Source: Tubulanus polymorphus
Taxonomy: Eukaryota; Animalia; Nemertea
Direction: 5' to 3'
Assembly: GCF_964204645.1 (NCBI RefSeq)
Contig: NC_134035.1
Location: forward strand, 9,456,451 to 9,520,450
DNA length: 64,000 nt
The notes below the pieces were generated by a model. That model was not told where the DNA came from and did not search any database. It saw only the letters and a list, made by a program, of their open reading frames with translations. Positions 53,330 through 63,926 of this stretch are shown one piece after another. The position numbers were made by a program, and so were the translations under genes. Each line of letters begins with the position of its first letter. Positions within the stretch are counted from its first letter, which is position 1.

Positions 53330-53791
53330 TTTCATAATAATAAATTTGATCGTACAATTTTAAATTTGAAGTGTGGGATTTCTTCATTTATCTACAGTAC
53401 ACACGGATTATAGTGTTTATTCGACAACTACCATAGAATCGTTGTATCCGAGTTCGTTATAGCGATGGTTCCACTGTATATCATAAGGCTTATTATAGGC
53501 CTACGTCGTGTGCATTCATCATGTTCATATTGCCATTCTGCTTGTTAAGACCCCGCTTAAACTCGTCCAGCAAGTTTTGCCAAAGATTTACCAAAAACGT
53601 ATATAGGCCGGAGCCTACAGCGCTACATCGTCATACTGGCTACACCCCCGTTGAATGCTTTCAAGTCGAATAATCTCTGAACCTCGAACGCAAATCTCGG
53701 AACCATCGCCGAACTTGAACACAAATCACCGGTCGCGATTAATTCATGTTATGAATAGTCTACGCGTATACGACGCGAACGTATTCAACTC

Positions 53792-54023
53792 CTACGTGAA
53801 CATTTTTTCCTCGACCGGTTTCTGGACCCAGTCGCTGAGGTTGTTACGTTTGAAATGCGCGATCATGTCCGTTTTCAGTCGCTGGAAGTCGGCGGCGAGC
53901 TGTTTCGCCTGGTGGTACGTGCGTCCGTCGACCAGGTCGGGACGGTTGAACTTGCGACACACGCGCTCGAAACTCGCGTAGTAATTCATCTTCGCCAGTC
54001 TCGACACGCGACTGTCACACGAC
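53792..54023 (-). CDS. ADAR: ADAR1 terminal coding exon
   Basis: SRLAK...TYHQAKQ...[12 protein letters not shown] then stop. Confidence 0.92.
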
Positions 54024-57000
54024 CTGAAATACGAAGAAAACAAAGATACAGATATAACAGGTTACAACACTGAAATTCACTTGAGCCACAGCGAATATTT
54101 TAGTCAGCGTGATTGCAAAGGGATGCAGAAATAGATTGAAAAGTTTGATGACCAAAATGACAACCTACACTTAGTAAATTGCATTGAAAATACAATTTGG
54201 GACTCGAAATAGCGTTCAATGAGGAACGACGCTAGTTTTACTGAACACGAGTACACTTATCTGACTGTAAATATGAAGGACAGTAGACACCACTTGAAGG
54301 AGGAGTCTAAAATGATCCTAGGACAATTGCCCCCCCCCCTAAATACTTTACTTAGAAATTCATTGGTGTATTACTGAATATAGATTTATAAGATATAGAA
54401 TTACTGATGTTGTGTGAAGATCAAAACTTTAAATCAGTCCAAGAGTAATTAGCTAGAATTAGTTCACTTTGTCTAATTCATTTGAAGTAAACATCTGCGT
54501 TACTTTGAGATTAAAAAGATTTAATTTGGGGGGCAATTGTCCTAAGGGGCAATTGTCCTGATACCGTCTACAATACCACTCAATCAGATATTGCTCTCAA
54601 CTCTGACAATTTTCACGTGCTCAAAAAGATCCCGATTTGATCGCACTTACTTGTCGGTAGTCTGTCCGATAGTGCCGTCAGTCACTTCTACGTGTTTATC
54701 GCCGGCGCACCAGTTCAAACTGATGCTATTCGTTTTCTCGGTGCCTCGTTGAGGTTCGTATATCGTCACGCGTCCGAGGTGCGGATGATTCAAACGAAAC
54801 TTCGCCGGTACCGCATCGGAAAGCGGACGGTCGCCCAACGCCAGTCGACAGCACATCGCTCGAGACAAGTGTCCGTGATCGTAGAGATAACCTGCCGACA
54901 GAGAGAATGGAAACCGTTTAGATCGAGGGATGAATTCGATTGAAATAGCATTAGACTTTTACTTGATTGAAGAGAGATAGGCAAAATACTAAACAATGAA
55001 GAGGTTCTCAACCCAATGCATTCTCAACCCAATGCATACTCAACAACTTAGTACAGTAGACCCGTTTGATTCAGATAATTTTAATCCAGATTTTGATAAC
55101 TCGTACATAGATGCAGGGCTGCCAACCTCTGAAATGAACTATCAGTAACAAATTGAAATTTTTTCAGTAACGTTTCATCGAAATATGAAAGATATGTTCA
55201 AATTAATCGGTAATCAACAGTACGACCCTCAGTAAGATCTTTCATATTTCTGTATGCATCGAACAAATCAAATCAATATTCCTCACTATTGAACGAGTAA
55301 CAAATACTGAAAATCAGGAACAGTTGGCAGCTCTGTAGATGTACTTAAAATACGATGTTTAATTCGCATTTTTTCCAAAATTAGTTCTTTTGGGCCAAAG
55401 TGATCTGCCTTAAGCGGGGCCTACTGAAGACACTTTTGACCTACATAAAGAGATATGTACCAAGTAGGGAAGAGTAGACTGATATTTTCGGTACAAATTC
55501 GGAAATTTTTCTTTACCTAACGAAAGTGAGCTCAGGTATATTGGCTCTATGAATAGCGAGAGAAGCGCCCCCTGGAGGCCGAGTGTATTCCAGCGACAGA
55601 GTTTATCGCTGCACGACATCGTTCGTAATCGTTCGCCGCGTAGAATACCGTCCCACGTCTGAGGCGGTGAATCGGCTTCGATCGGAATCGTTCCTTCACC
55701 TACAAAATAAACAACATGAGTCACAAACCGGGCGGACATGACAACGGGTGAACAGAGCGGTTCAATAAATGTGCAGTGACCGAGTGGTTTTTAAGCCATC
55801 GGTCGCTGCAGTGGCGGATCTAGGAAATTTGGAAGGCCGGGATAAGAAATGAAAAGGAAGGGCATTCTGGGTCCCTACAGACTGGTGATTCCTGGATACG
55901 AGAAGTTTTCAAGGAGTTTTAAAGGTGAAAATTTCAAATTTCGAGGAAGCATCCGTATCACTTTCATATCGCAATTACAGTAGACTCCTCCGAACTGGTG
56001 ATTCCTGGATACAAGAAGTTTTTAAGGATTTTTAAAGGTGAAAATTTCAAATTTCGAGGAAGCGTCCGTATCACTTTCATATCGCAATTACAGTAGACTC
56101 CTCTGAACTGGTGATTCCTGGATACAAGAAGTTTTCAAGGAGTTTTAAAGGTGAAAATTTCAAATTTCGAGGAAGCGTCCGTATCACTTTCATATCGTAA
56201 TTACAGTAGACTCCTCCTCAATCAGACCGTCATTCGATGGTTTTGTAAGCAAAGTCTTATCCTGTACACTACCTAAGCTCGATTTCGAATTCAGTAACCA
56301 CCTAATTGGGTAAGAAAAATCCTGGCGCCAACTGTAGCTATTTAGGCATAATTTATCCATACAAACACAAACATTTCTAATAGCCTATTTCTACATAAAT
56401 GAAGGAGTTCTAAAGGAATCAAGGAGTCATGGGGACGCATTCCTCGCATAAAGCAGCCACACCGAAGGCTACTACTATCAGCATTCCACAATCGGTGTTG
56501 TGAGATATTTTTTGCGGAAATCCATCCAAAAAGACACAATATCTGAGAGGATTCATAGGTTTTAATATTAATCTCTCACATGACAAAAAGGCAACCTCGA
56601 TGAGAAGATGGGGGTCTTGATCCTCAAACCATCACCTAGATCCCACAGACTTAAACGAGAACTACGGCACTGGGTCTAAATTTACCTCCTTCGATCTTTG
56701 TACGTAGCACTCCTTGTACCGCATTTTGGAATGTCGGGTTATGGTCCTTGCGATTGTCCTCAGTTCCGGCGACTGATCCAGCTGCATCTCTATACAACAA
56801 AACAAAACCAACAACCATTAGCAGAAGAAAGGCATCTCATAACATACCGGTAAGCAACACTGAGATATGAGTACATTCGATCTTGACATCATCGGATAAG
56901 TGATTGTATTGCTTAAGTCATCTCTTTCTGTATTTCACTATTTGTATTTCAAATACATTTTGTTAGTGTAAGTCGGCATTTGGATAAGTCGTCCACATAT

Positions 57001-60000
57001 TGGGAGTTTTACGGGTCATGGCATCCAAAATGCTTTGATATTTCCTTGACCAGAAATTCTGATTGAACTCCAAGCACTCATCAGTGCGCCCTTCCTTCGC
57101 GAGAGGGGTTCTTGCGCCACTTACCACCAGCAAGGACAAGAAGGCACCAAAAATTGAAACATCCTGACAGACTAATCCCAGAATTTCGAGAAAAAAGTCA
57201 AAATTTCCTGATTTTTTCCGGGAGGGAAAAATCATCGGTAATTCTTTTATTTCCCTAGACTGTAAGACCCGCGACATAATCATTGTCCCAACTACAACGA
57301 CTTCAGTGAATATGACAGTATATGATTTGTTTACCTCGGTGAAAACAACGCTCCATCTCCGCACGGCGCTGTAGATATATACAGGTGGAAAGTAATTGCG
57401 GGTTTGATTCTGAATCGGCCGTCGCCCGTCGGTTCGATGATACAAGATTCGTCATCTTTCGATTGCGTGTTGTAGGATTCCAACTGTTTATATAGAAATC
57501 TGAAAATATAACCCGTAATCGTAAAGATATTTTCAACGGACAAGCGAACAATAGCCGCGTTCACATGGAGATGATTTGGTCCACGTGAAACTCCTCCTGA
57601 TCAGACCCGAATCAAATTTGGTCTGTGACTAATAAGAGAGAGCGTATTCACACGTAAATCCCTCACTCATTTGTAGAATGCTTTAAAAAAGATGCTGTGG
57701 CAAGTGATGTGAGTCACTTCCAGAACCAATCCGCATTCACATGCAATTATAATTTGACCTGTGCTAAAATAAGACACGGGTCTGGTCCAACGTTTTCGGC
57801 CAAACAGGCACGAACCAATCCGGTTCTAGTATGAATGGTTGGCCCAGCGGGTCACAAGACACTTGCGTAATTGTGGCTTATAATGGGAATAGTTTGGAGA
57901 CGACTGCAAGACTGATATTGATCTCAGTGTTTCAGAGTTAATGAACAAAACCAAACAATAATAATAATAAATAATAATTATTATTATTATTAGCATCACT
58001 ATTATTATTATTATTATTATTTTTATTAGCATCACTATTATCATTATTATTATTATTTTTATTAGCATCACTATTATCATTACCATTAATCTTCTTTTTT
58101 CTCTAGGGGGCCTGAACGTCCTAGCGATTGTAAAGCCTTTAAGGCTCTGTTCAGGTCCCTCATCATCAATCTACTTATTTGTTATACATTTTATTTGTAA
58201 TCATAATTGATGATGAAATAAATTACATTAAATAATAATGATTTAATTCATATAGCGTCCTATCCACTGTGAAACAATGTTCAACGGCGCTGTTAATACA
58301 TAAAGGGGTATTTTTTACAAAACCTGCAGTTGATGATTCAACAATTTATTCCCACAGTTTTGAAGATTTGAATGAACTTCATCATTTTCGTTTCTCCGAT
58401 GATGAATTTTAGTCAAAACTTCGAAACCGTCAGAAAATAAATCGTCAAAATTCGTCAACAGAGGGTTTCGTTCATTTGTTTAAATATTTCATATTCCGAC
58501 CTTAGAAAGCCTCGTCTAGTGATGATCTCGGCGTGCGAGTCGTTGACCGTGTGTCCTTCGAGACTCATCTGCGGACCGGTTATACATCGGTTACCGGTGC
58601 CCAGACAGATCACCGAACCTTCGTCGTTCGCGTCGCGTTTCATGATCAACGTCGCCAACACCTTTCGTCCGGACAGGTTTTCGGTGACGCGCGCGGCTAG
58701 CATATTCATCGCCTGGTGACTGAGCGCGGCCATACGATCGAAATGGGTCTCGGACTTGCCCAATGCTTGTAACGACGGTACATCCTAAACATAAATTTCA
58801 AATGTAGTCATTATTAAGACAGAATGCCGATCAGTGACATCTCTAATCGTCGCAAATATCTAATAACGAATCTCACAAAATATCAAGTTATATTTTTGCT
58901 TACAGGAGCGGCTTTTGATTGCGTATTATACTGTCCTTCCGACATCAACTGTCGCAACGCCGCGTCAGCCGCTTCACGTCGGCCATCTTTCTTATTACTA
59001 GCGATCAACGGAGCGAACCGCCGAGTGCCGATTGTCACCTGCATTTGGAACCTAATTGGAGATAAAATTGATAAATAATCTCTTCTAACTGCAGATTTGA
59101 ATGAATATAAATCAGGCTGGCCAGTTTCCGCCCATTTATAAATTCCCCGAGTTTTCCCTGATTTTTCCATGAGATTACACAAAATTCACTTAAGAAATTC
59201 TAATAGGTTTGAAATGTTACAATTCATCCATTCTACATTGAATAACGTACTGATAAAGAAACACGTGGTCAAGTTTACAGGTTTTTGAAAAAATCTGTAA
59301 AAAAAACCCCCGGTTTTCCCTAAATATCACCGGTTCCGTCATGATAAATAATAATTGAAGAAACACGAAGTACGAACCTCGGGTTATGCGACGGACCGGA
59401 ATGACCGATGACGCTGATATCCAGTTTCAGTCGACGCGATTGCGCGAATTCGGTTAAAGCGCTAATCGGACTCTTATTCATCAGATTGAACGTGTTCGAA
59501 TTCAACATCGCCGACGCGTTCGAACTGCCCATGTTATCGGAATTCAAACCCATCGCCGTGCTCGCGCGGAAACCTCCCGCAGACGATCCGTCGTCGCTAA
59601 CAGGCGGCGACACTCGTCGGTTCGGTGTCGGAACCGTTTGTCTAGGAAGCACGAACATACTACTCGTATTCGCCGTACTCGATGATGGACGCGAACTTGC
59701 CGACGATGTTCTCGATTTCGGCTGTAAACCGGCTAGAAATCGATTTTGATCTTCGAGCGTTTCCACGTCGTCGCGTTCGGCGGAAAACACCGAATTTCCT
59801 CGAAGCAAATCGAGAGGGCTCAGCGGAATCGTCCTGTTCGACGACGCGCTCGGTGTCTGTCCGATGGCGTCGTGAAATCGCGAGTAACCGGTCGACAGCG
59901 GCACGACGCGCGCCGACGGAGGCTTCGCGTCGGGAATCATGTCGTACGATTCGTTCTCGGGCAGACGATGCGGTTCGTTGTGTTCGGTCCGACTGAACGG

Positions 60001-63000
60001 AATCAACGACGCGTCGTACTGCGGATCGAGTTCGTCGTTTCGTTTGTAACTATTATACCGTCGTCCGCGGCCGTGACTGAGTTTCTGCCGCTGTCCGAGC
60101 AGCATATGCGGCGGCAACGGAGGCCCGTTTGCGCCACCCCGGCCACCAGGTGGAGCGCGTTCGTTTTCCGCCGCATATTTCATAATACCGCGACCGCGGC
60201 CCGGTCGCGCGATCATACGCGGTTCCGGGACGATGTCATCGGCGATCGTCGACGTACGATCGGAATCTCTCGTTAGATATCGTCCGGTGTTGTCGCGCTC
60301 GTCGGGCATGTCGAACGTCGGCGGTTTCGCTTTAATCGTTTTTTGTTCCATCGCCATCAGCACGGCGTTACCGATTATACCGCCTTTCTGCACTTTGATC
60401 ACCATTCCGTTCGACTTCTGCGCTGTTGTGTCCATCGCGCAACTTTCCGCACTCTCCTCACTAGAATTACTATTCGTTTCGACGGAACTAAGACTAATCG
60501 GCGAATGAGTCAAATTTTCCGGCTCGACTTTCACGTCGTAAGACCCATTATCTTGCGTAACATCTTCGTCCATGGCCTCCTCCGAATTCGGCTCAACTTC
60601 CATCTCATCTCTAATCGCGTTCGTCGTTTCCGGCCGAGATTCGGAAATTTCAACGCTCGACGTCGGTTCGGACAGTTCTTCTTCTTCTTGTGGAATCTTC
60701 GCCGCATCCGGGTCAATTTTCCAAAGAGGAGGCTGCTTCGAGTACTAAAATACAAAAGAATTTTCTTATTCATCATTTCTGATGAATTTTCTCAATTGGA
60801 AATTCCTTTGTGAATCGCAAATTTTTACACAAGGTTCTTACGGATCTTATATCCATGATAATTCACCAGACCCTTTTCAGTGAGAATTCCCCGATTTTCC
60901 CTACAGCAGGATAAATGAATCTGGAATTCCCTGATTTTCTTGAACTGCACCACCATGTTTTCAATCCTTCATTTTTTGTGAGATGAGACGTTGCGTAGCC
61001 TCGTCTGAAAACCGATCTAAAATTTACCTGAATAACCAACTTTTGCTTCTTCAGTTTGAAAAGTATGGGATTTATTTCTCGTTCGGATTTCTTCCCGACA
61101 CCCTGCGCGATAGTCATTGTGCGCACCGTTCGGCCGTCGGCCTCGCGCAATAGTGTCAGCACGTCGGCGGCAAGATTTTCATCAGCCAGCGACTTTCGCG
61201 GTAAGTTACACACGGGCGCTACCGAGAAATCTTCCGTGCTACTTGGAGGCAAATTCGGAAAACTGCGATGATTGTGAAATGAATTCTGAAAAAAGATTGA
61301 AGAAATTTTCAACTGTAAGCACAAATTTATCATTAAAGAAAAACCCACATTTATCAAGATAAATCAAGCGAGCCGAGTTGAGTCAAAATGTCACAACCCT
61401 CGTGGTTTTTCTTCATAATCGTGGGTTTTTCATCAATTCGATTATAGACAGTCGCTTTTCCAAGGTAAACCAAGTAAACACTTATTGAATTGATCCTTGA
61501 ATATCCAATTGATCATCATATTCAACGAAACAATCACGATTTAAACAAAACAACCAGAATTAATTCAAGTTTTACTAACAGGTTACTTGTTTCTGTCATG
61601 ACATGTATGTGTCAACTCTATTCACATCATCTGTAATCAATGTTTTCCATCGACTCATCAATTAACTCACTATAAACCCTTTCGTATTGCTATACCTGTA
61701 AAATCGGACTGATTTTTGGAGATTCTAAGCTCCCCGAAAACTGACCACTCGTATCTCTATCAGGACCTCCTCTTACACCTTCGTTCTGCCGAGGATGCGA
61801 GGGCGATTTGTGATTAGTTTCTACGGGTGAAACGGTAGCAGGAGGCTGCGCTGGTTGAGGCACCTGTACGCGGGACTCCTGTTCAATCTCGGCTTCCTCT
61901 TCCTCTAGTAGCGCGGCTATGGCTTCCGGAGTGGCGTTTGGATGGATTTTCCACGAAGGGGGAAACGTTGAGGCCTGGCGAAGAGACGAACGAATAAGAA
62001 AACAAAATAGTTTTTCGCACTACCATGGCAAACAGACGCGTAATGTGGTGATAGTGGGCTTTAGCAAGGTTTACTACATCCTCCCTCGGCAGGGATTCGA
62101 ACCTGATGGCATCGCTAAACTCAGCCACGGCATGAACCCCTGCCACAGTAGACCGGGTGCGCAGGTATGCGCAGCTTTGCCACACGAAAACTTGCGGCAC
62201 CAATCAGCTTGCTCGTTGTATAAGCGCCGAGGTAAATTTCACGGAAGAACTATAAATGGGAAATCCCGGGCTAAAATAAAATGGGATATCTGATTGGCTA
62301 ATAATGACATCATCTAAGCTGCGCGTGTAGCTGCGCACTCGGTCTAGTGTGGCAGGTTTCGTACCGTGCCATCAGGTTCTAATCCCTGCCGGGGAGGATG
62401 GGTTTACTAATGCGTTAGTTAATAATTTCTTCTAGACAATTCAGTTGAAATCAACTCAACTTTTCCAGTTAGTTTCAGTTTGATTATCAATGAAAAATCT
62501 TCCAAACACCTAACTGAAATACCGCCTTATCTGGTGTTGTAGCATGTATGATAATATACCGGTGTGTTTGGATTCCTGGGCATAAAAATTCAATTAAAAG
62601 TTGATGAAAGGATTTTAACAACCGACGTAAAACTGACCGTTACGCCATCTGGTGGTCTATGTCAATACGCTATTTAACTACTTTTTGTATTCGAAATGAT
62701 CAGGGTTCTTACTGATCAGGGAATCCAAAATCAAACCCTGATATTTCCCTGACCCGATCAAAAATTCCCCGATTAGAAACCTTGGTGGGATTCTGTTTTT
62801 TTTCTCAAGAAGTTCCTTGTGCCACACTCGACACCGGCGAAAACAAGAAACCAAATTTGTTGCATTTCCCTGATTTTCAGGAAAAGGGTAGGAATTCCTG
62901 GATTTTTCCTGATCTGTAAAGGAAACCACGAATGTCTGACCCAATTCTTTGAATATTTGAAATGACCCAACTATGCGACGTCGACGAAAATTAGTAAAGA

Positions 63001-63203
63001 ACCGAACAGAAAAATAGAAAATGCCGGAGATGACTTGAACTTACTTGGATAACGAGTTGTCGTCGCTTCAATTGGTTCAAAGTTCGATTGACCAAAGAAT
63101 GGTTCGTTTGACCGAGGGACGAGGCTATATAAGGAGTTTTATAAGGGCCTTTGCTTTTACCGAGGAATACCAAGATCTTTTCGCCCAAATCGCCGGTTCT
63201 GTC
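53792..63203 (-). CDS. ADAR: ADAR1-type double-stranded RNA-specific adenosine deaminase (5' end uncertain), at least 1139 aa; exons 63203-63045, 61974-61696, 61285-61028, 60744-59378, 59051-58904, 58784-58501, 57499-57335, 56789-56686, 55699-55517, 54891-54651, 54023-53792
   Basis: All 11 exons join with GT-AG boundaries and consistent phases (3420 nt including stop). Two Zalpha-like winged-helix domains ending PPSW/PPLW. One dsRBD ([12 protein letters not shown]...GPSHNPRF...[15 protein letters not shown]). Deaminase motifs [59 protein letters not shown]. Confidence 0.95.
54651..54891 (-). CDS. ADAR: ADAR1 deaminase exon
   Basis: [16 protein letters not shown]...FRLNHP...SLNW; phase 1-2. 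Confidence 0.92.
55517..55699 (-). CDS. ADAR: ADAR1 deaminase exon (SCSDK motif)
   Basis: EGTIP...[34 protein letters not shown]; phase 1-1. Confidence 0.95.
55881..56217. repeat. 3 x 113-bp tandem repeat inside a dispersed element, in an ADAR1 intron
   Basis: actggtgattcctggatac starts at 55881, 55994 and 56107; a single-unit relative lies at 51914-52281. Confidence 0.9.
56686..56789 (-). CDS. ADAR: ADAR1 deaminase exon (HNPTF...[10 protein letters not shown])
   Basis: gtatag| acceptor, |gtaaat donor, phase 2-1; absent from the ORF track. Confidence 0.9.
57335..57499 (-). CDS. ADAR: ADAR1 deaminase exon (PCGDG motif)
   Basis: [16 protein letters not shown]; phase 2-2. Confidence 0.95.
57955..58088. 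repeat. (TAA/TTA)n low-complexity tract with internal ~36-39-bp repeats, in an ADAR1 intron
   Basis: ttattagcatcactattat occurs three times. Confidence 0.85.
58501..58784 (-). CDS. ADAR: ADAR1 deaminase exon (HAE catalytic motif)
   Basis: GTGNRCITG...[15 protein letters not shown]; phase 0-2. Confidence 0.95.
58904..59051 (-). CDS. ADAR: ADAR1 exon, second half of dsRBD
   Basis: [35 protein letters not shown]; phase 2-0. Confidence 0.9.
59378..60744 (-). CDS. ADAR: ADAR1 large exon: Zalpha-2 wing (QPPLWKI), disordered linker, first half of dsRBD
   Basis: ttttag| acceptor in frame with ORF 59320..60603; |gttcgt donor, phase 2. Confidence 0.9.
61028..61285 (-). CDS. ADAR: ADAR1 exon, Zalpha-like domain 2 helices (...[17 protein letters not shown])
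   Basis: ttttcag| acceptor, |gtaaat donor, 258 nt, phase 0-0. Confidence 0.85.
61696..61974 (-). CDS. ADAR: ADAR1 exon, Zalpha-1 wing ([10 protein letters not shown]) plus linker
   Basis: cgccag| acceptor after a pyrimidine tract, |gtatag donor, 279 nt open frame, phase 0-0; absent from the ORF track. Confidence 0.8.
62077..62400. mobile_element. long-TIR MITE with a 9-bp target duplication (Mutator-like), in an ADAR1 intron
   Basis: catcctcc..ggcagggattcgaacctgatggca / tgccatcaggttctaatccctgccggggaggatg; ggtttacta on both flanks; deleted relative at 50507-50603. Confidence 0.8.
63045..63203 (-). CDS. ADAR: ADAR1 exon, Zalpha-like domain 1 helices ([15 protein letters not shown]...[16 protein letters not shown])
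   Basis: tttctag| acceptor, |gtaagt donor, 159 nt, phase 0-0. Confidence 0.85.
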
Positions 63204-63558
63204 CTAGAAAATAATCACAAATCAGCACTCACTCATTGACCGCGAATAAAATAAAAACCGTCACACTGATAAATCATTGAAAATTAAAACCCGATTGAAC
63301 TTAGAACTGCTGTAAGAATTGCCCTAGTTTTAGTTTACAAACTGTCTACAGTTACGGGAGTCTATACTATATCTACGTACGCGTTAGTGTGAAAGAATAG
63401 GGTTTTTTTAAGGTAAGGTAGGGCTATAAATGAATTAAATTACATCAAGCCTGCAGTTCTATGCTCTGCGGCTCAGTGGTTAAAAAAGCACAGGAATAAC
63501 ACCAGATATTTTTCCCTTGGTTTCGAATCTAAGGCAAGTCAGAATTCTACTTCTGCAT

Positions 63559-63905
63559 TGCGCATGCGCTAACCAGACTCCCGTAACTGTGGCTGTTGCA
63601 CTCCATTTACAGACTCCTGTAACCAAAGCCACGACCTTCCACATCTATCGAGCAATACGTGCGGATTCGAGCTCACTTTTATATAGGGCCTACCCGAGAT
63701 ATAACATATAGGCCTATGACATGAACACCTATTTTCGGATCAGTTTATCGCTATCAAAAGCAAAAAACCCCTTCTTCAGCACACCATGTCGATTAAAGCA
63801 ATATTTTGAATAATTTCGAACAACTTTAACTGGCTTCAAATTTTAAGGCACAGTTTACTTTCACTTTCGTTTTCAAATTGACTCATGATTTCCACTTTCC
63901 CTTTC
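63559..63905 (-). promoter_or_regulatory. candidate ADAR1 promoter: IRF-E/ISRE-like arrays, AP-1 site, TATA box, NRF1-like site
   Basis: On -: GAAAGGGAAAGTGGAAAT (63905-63888), TGAGTCA (63885-63879), GAAAACGAAAGTGAAAGT (63874-63857), TATATAAAA (63685-63677); TGCGCATGCGC at 63559-63569. Confidence 0.5.
63574..63606 (-). CDS. candidate first coding exon of ADAR1 (MECNSHSYGSL)
   Basis: gtaaATGG start ~70-80 nt downstream of a TATATAAAA; ends at a phase-0 ctg|GTTAGC donor compatible with the 63203 acceptor. Confidence 0.4.
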
Positions 63906-63926
63906 ATCATTTCTACGCTTTCATAC

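Larger units (their letters stand above)
53173..53443. mobile_element. palindromic Penelope-like-element fragment with two inverted minimal hammerhead motifs and a 13-bp target duplication
   Basis: Arms 53172-53280 and 53283-53390 are near-perfect inverted repeats; ccatagaatcgtt is duplicated at 53160-53172 and 53431-53443; the element interrupts a MITE. Confidence 0.75.
53047..53476. mobile_element. Tc1/mariner-type MITE interrupted by the hammerhead palindrome
   Basis: ta|cagtggaacctcgttacagcgaac ... gttcgttatagcgatggttccactg|ta. Confidence 0.75.

Noticed and set aside
59408-60813. Several + strand ORFs of 91-176 aa
   Set aside because: Antisense shadows of the GC-rich ADAR1 large exon.
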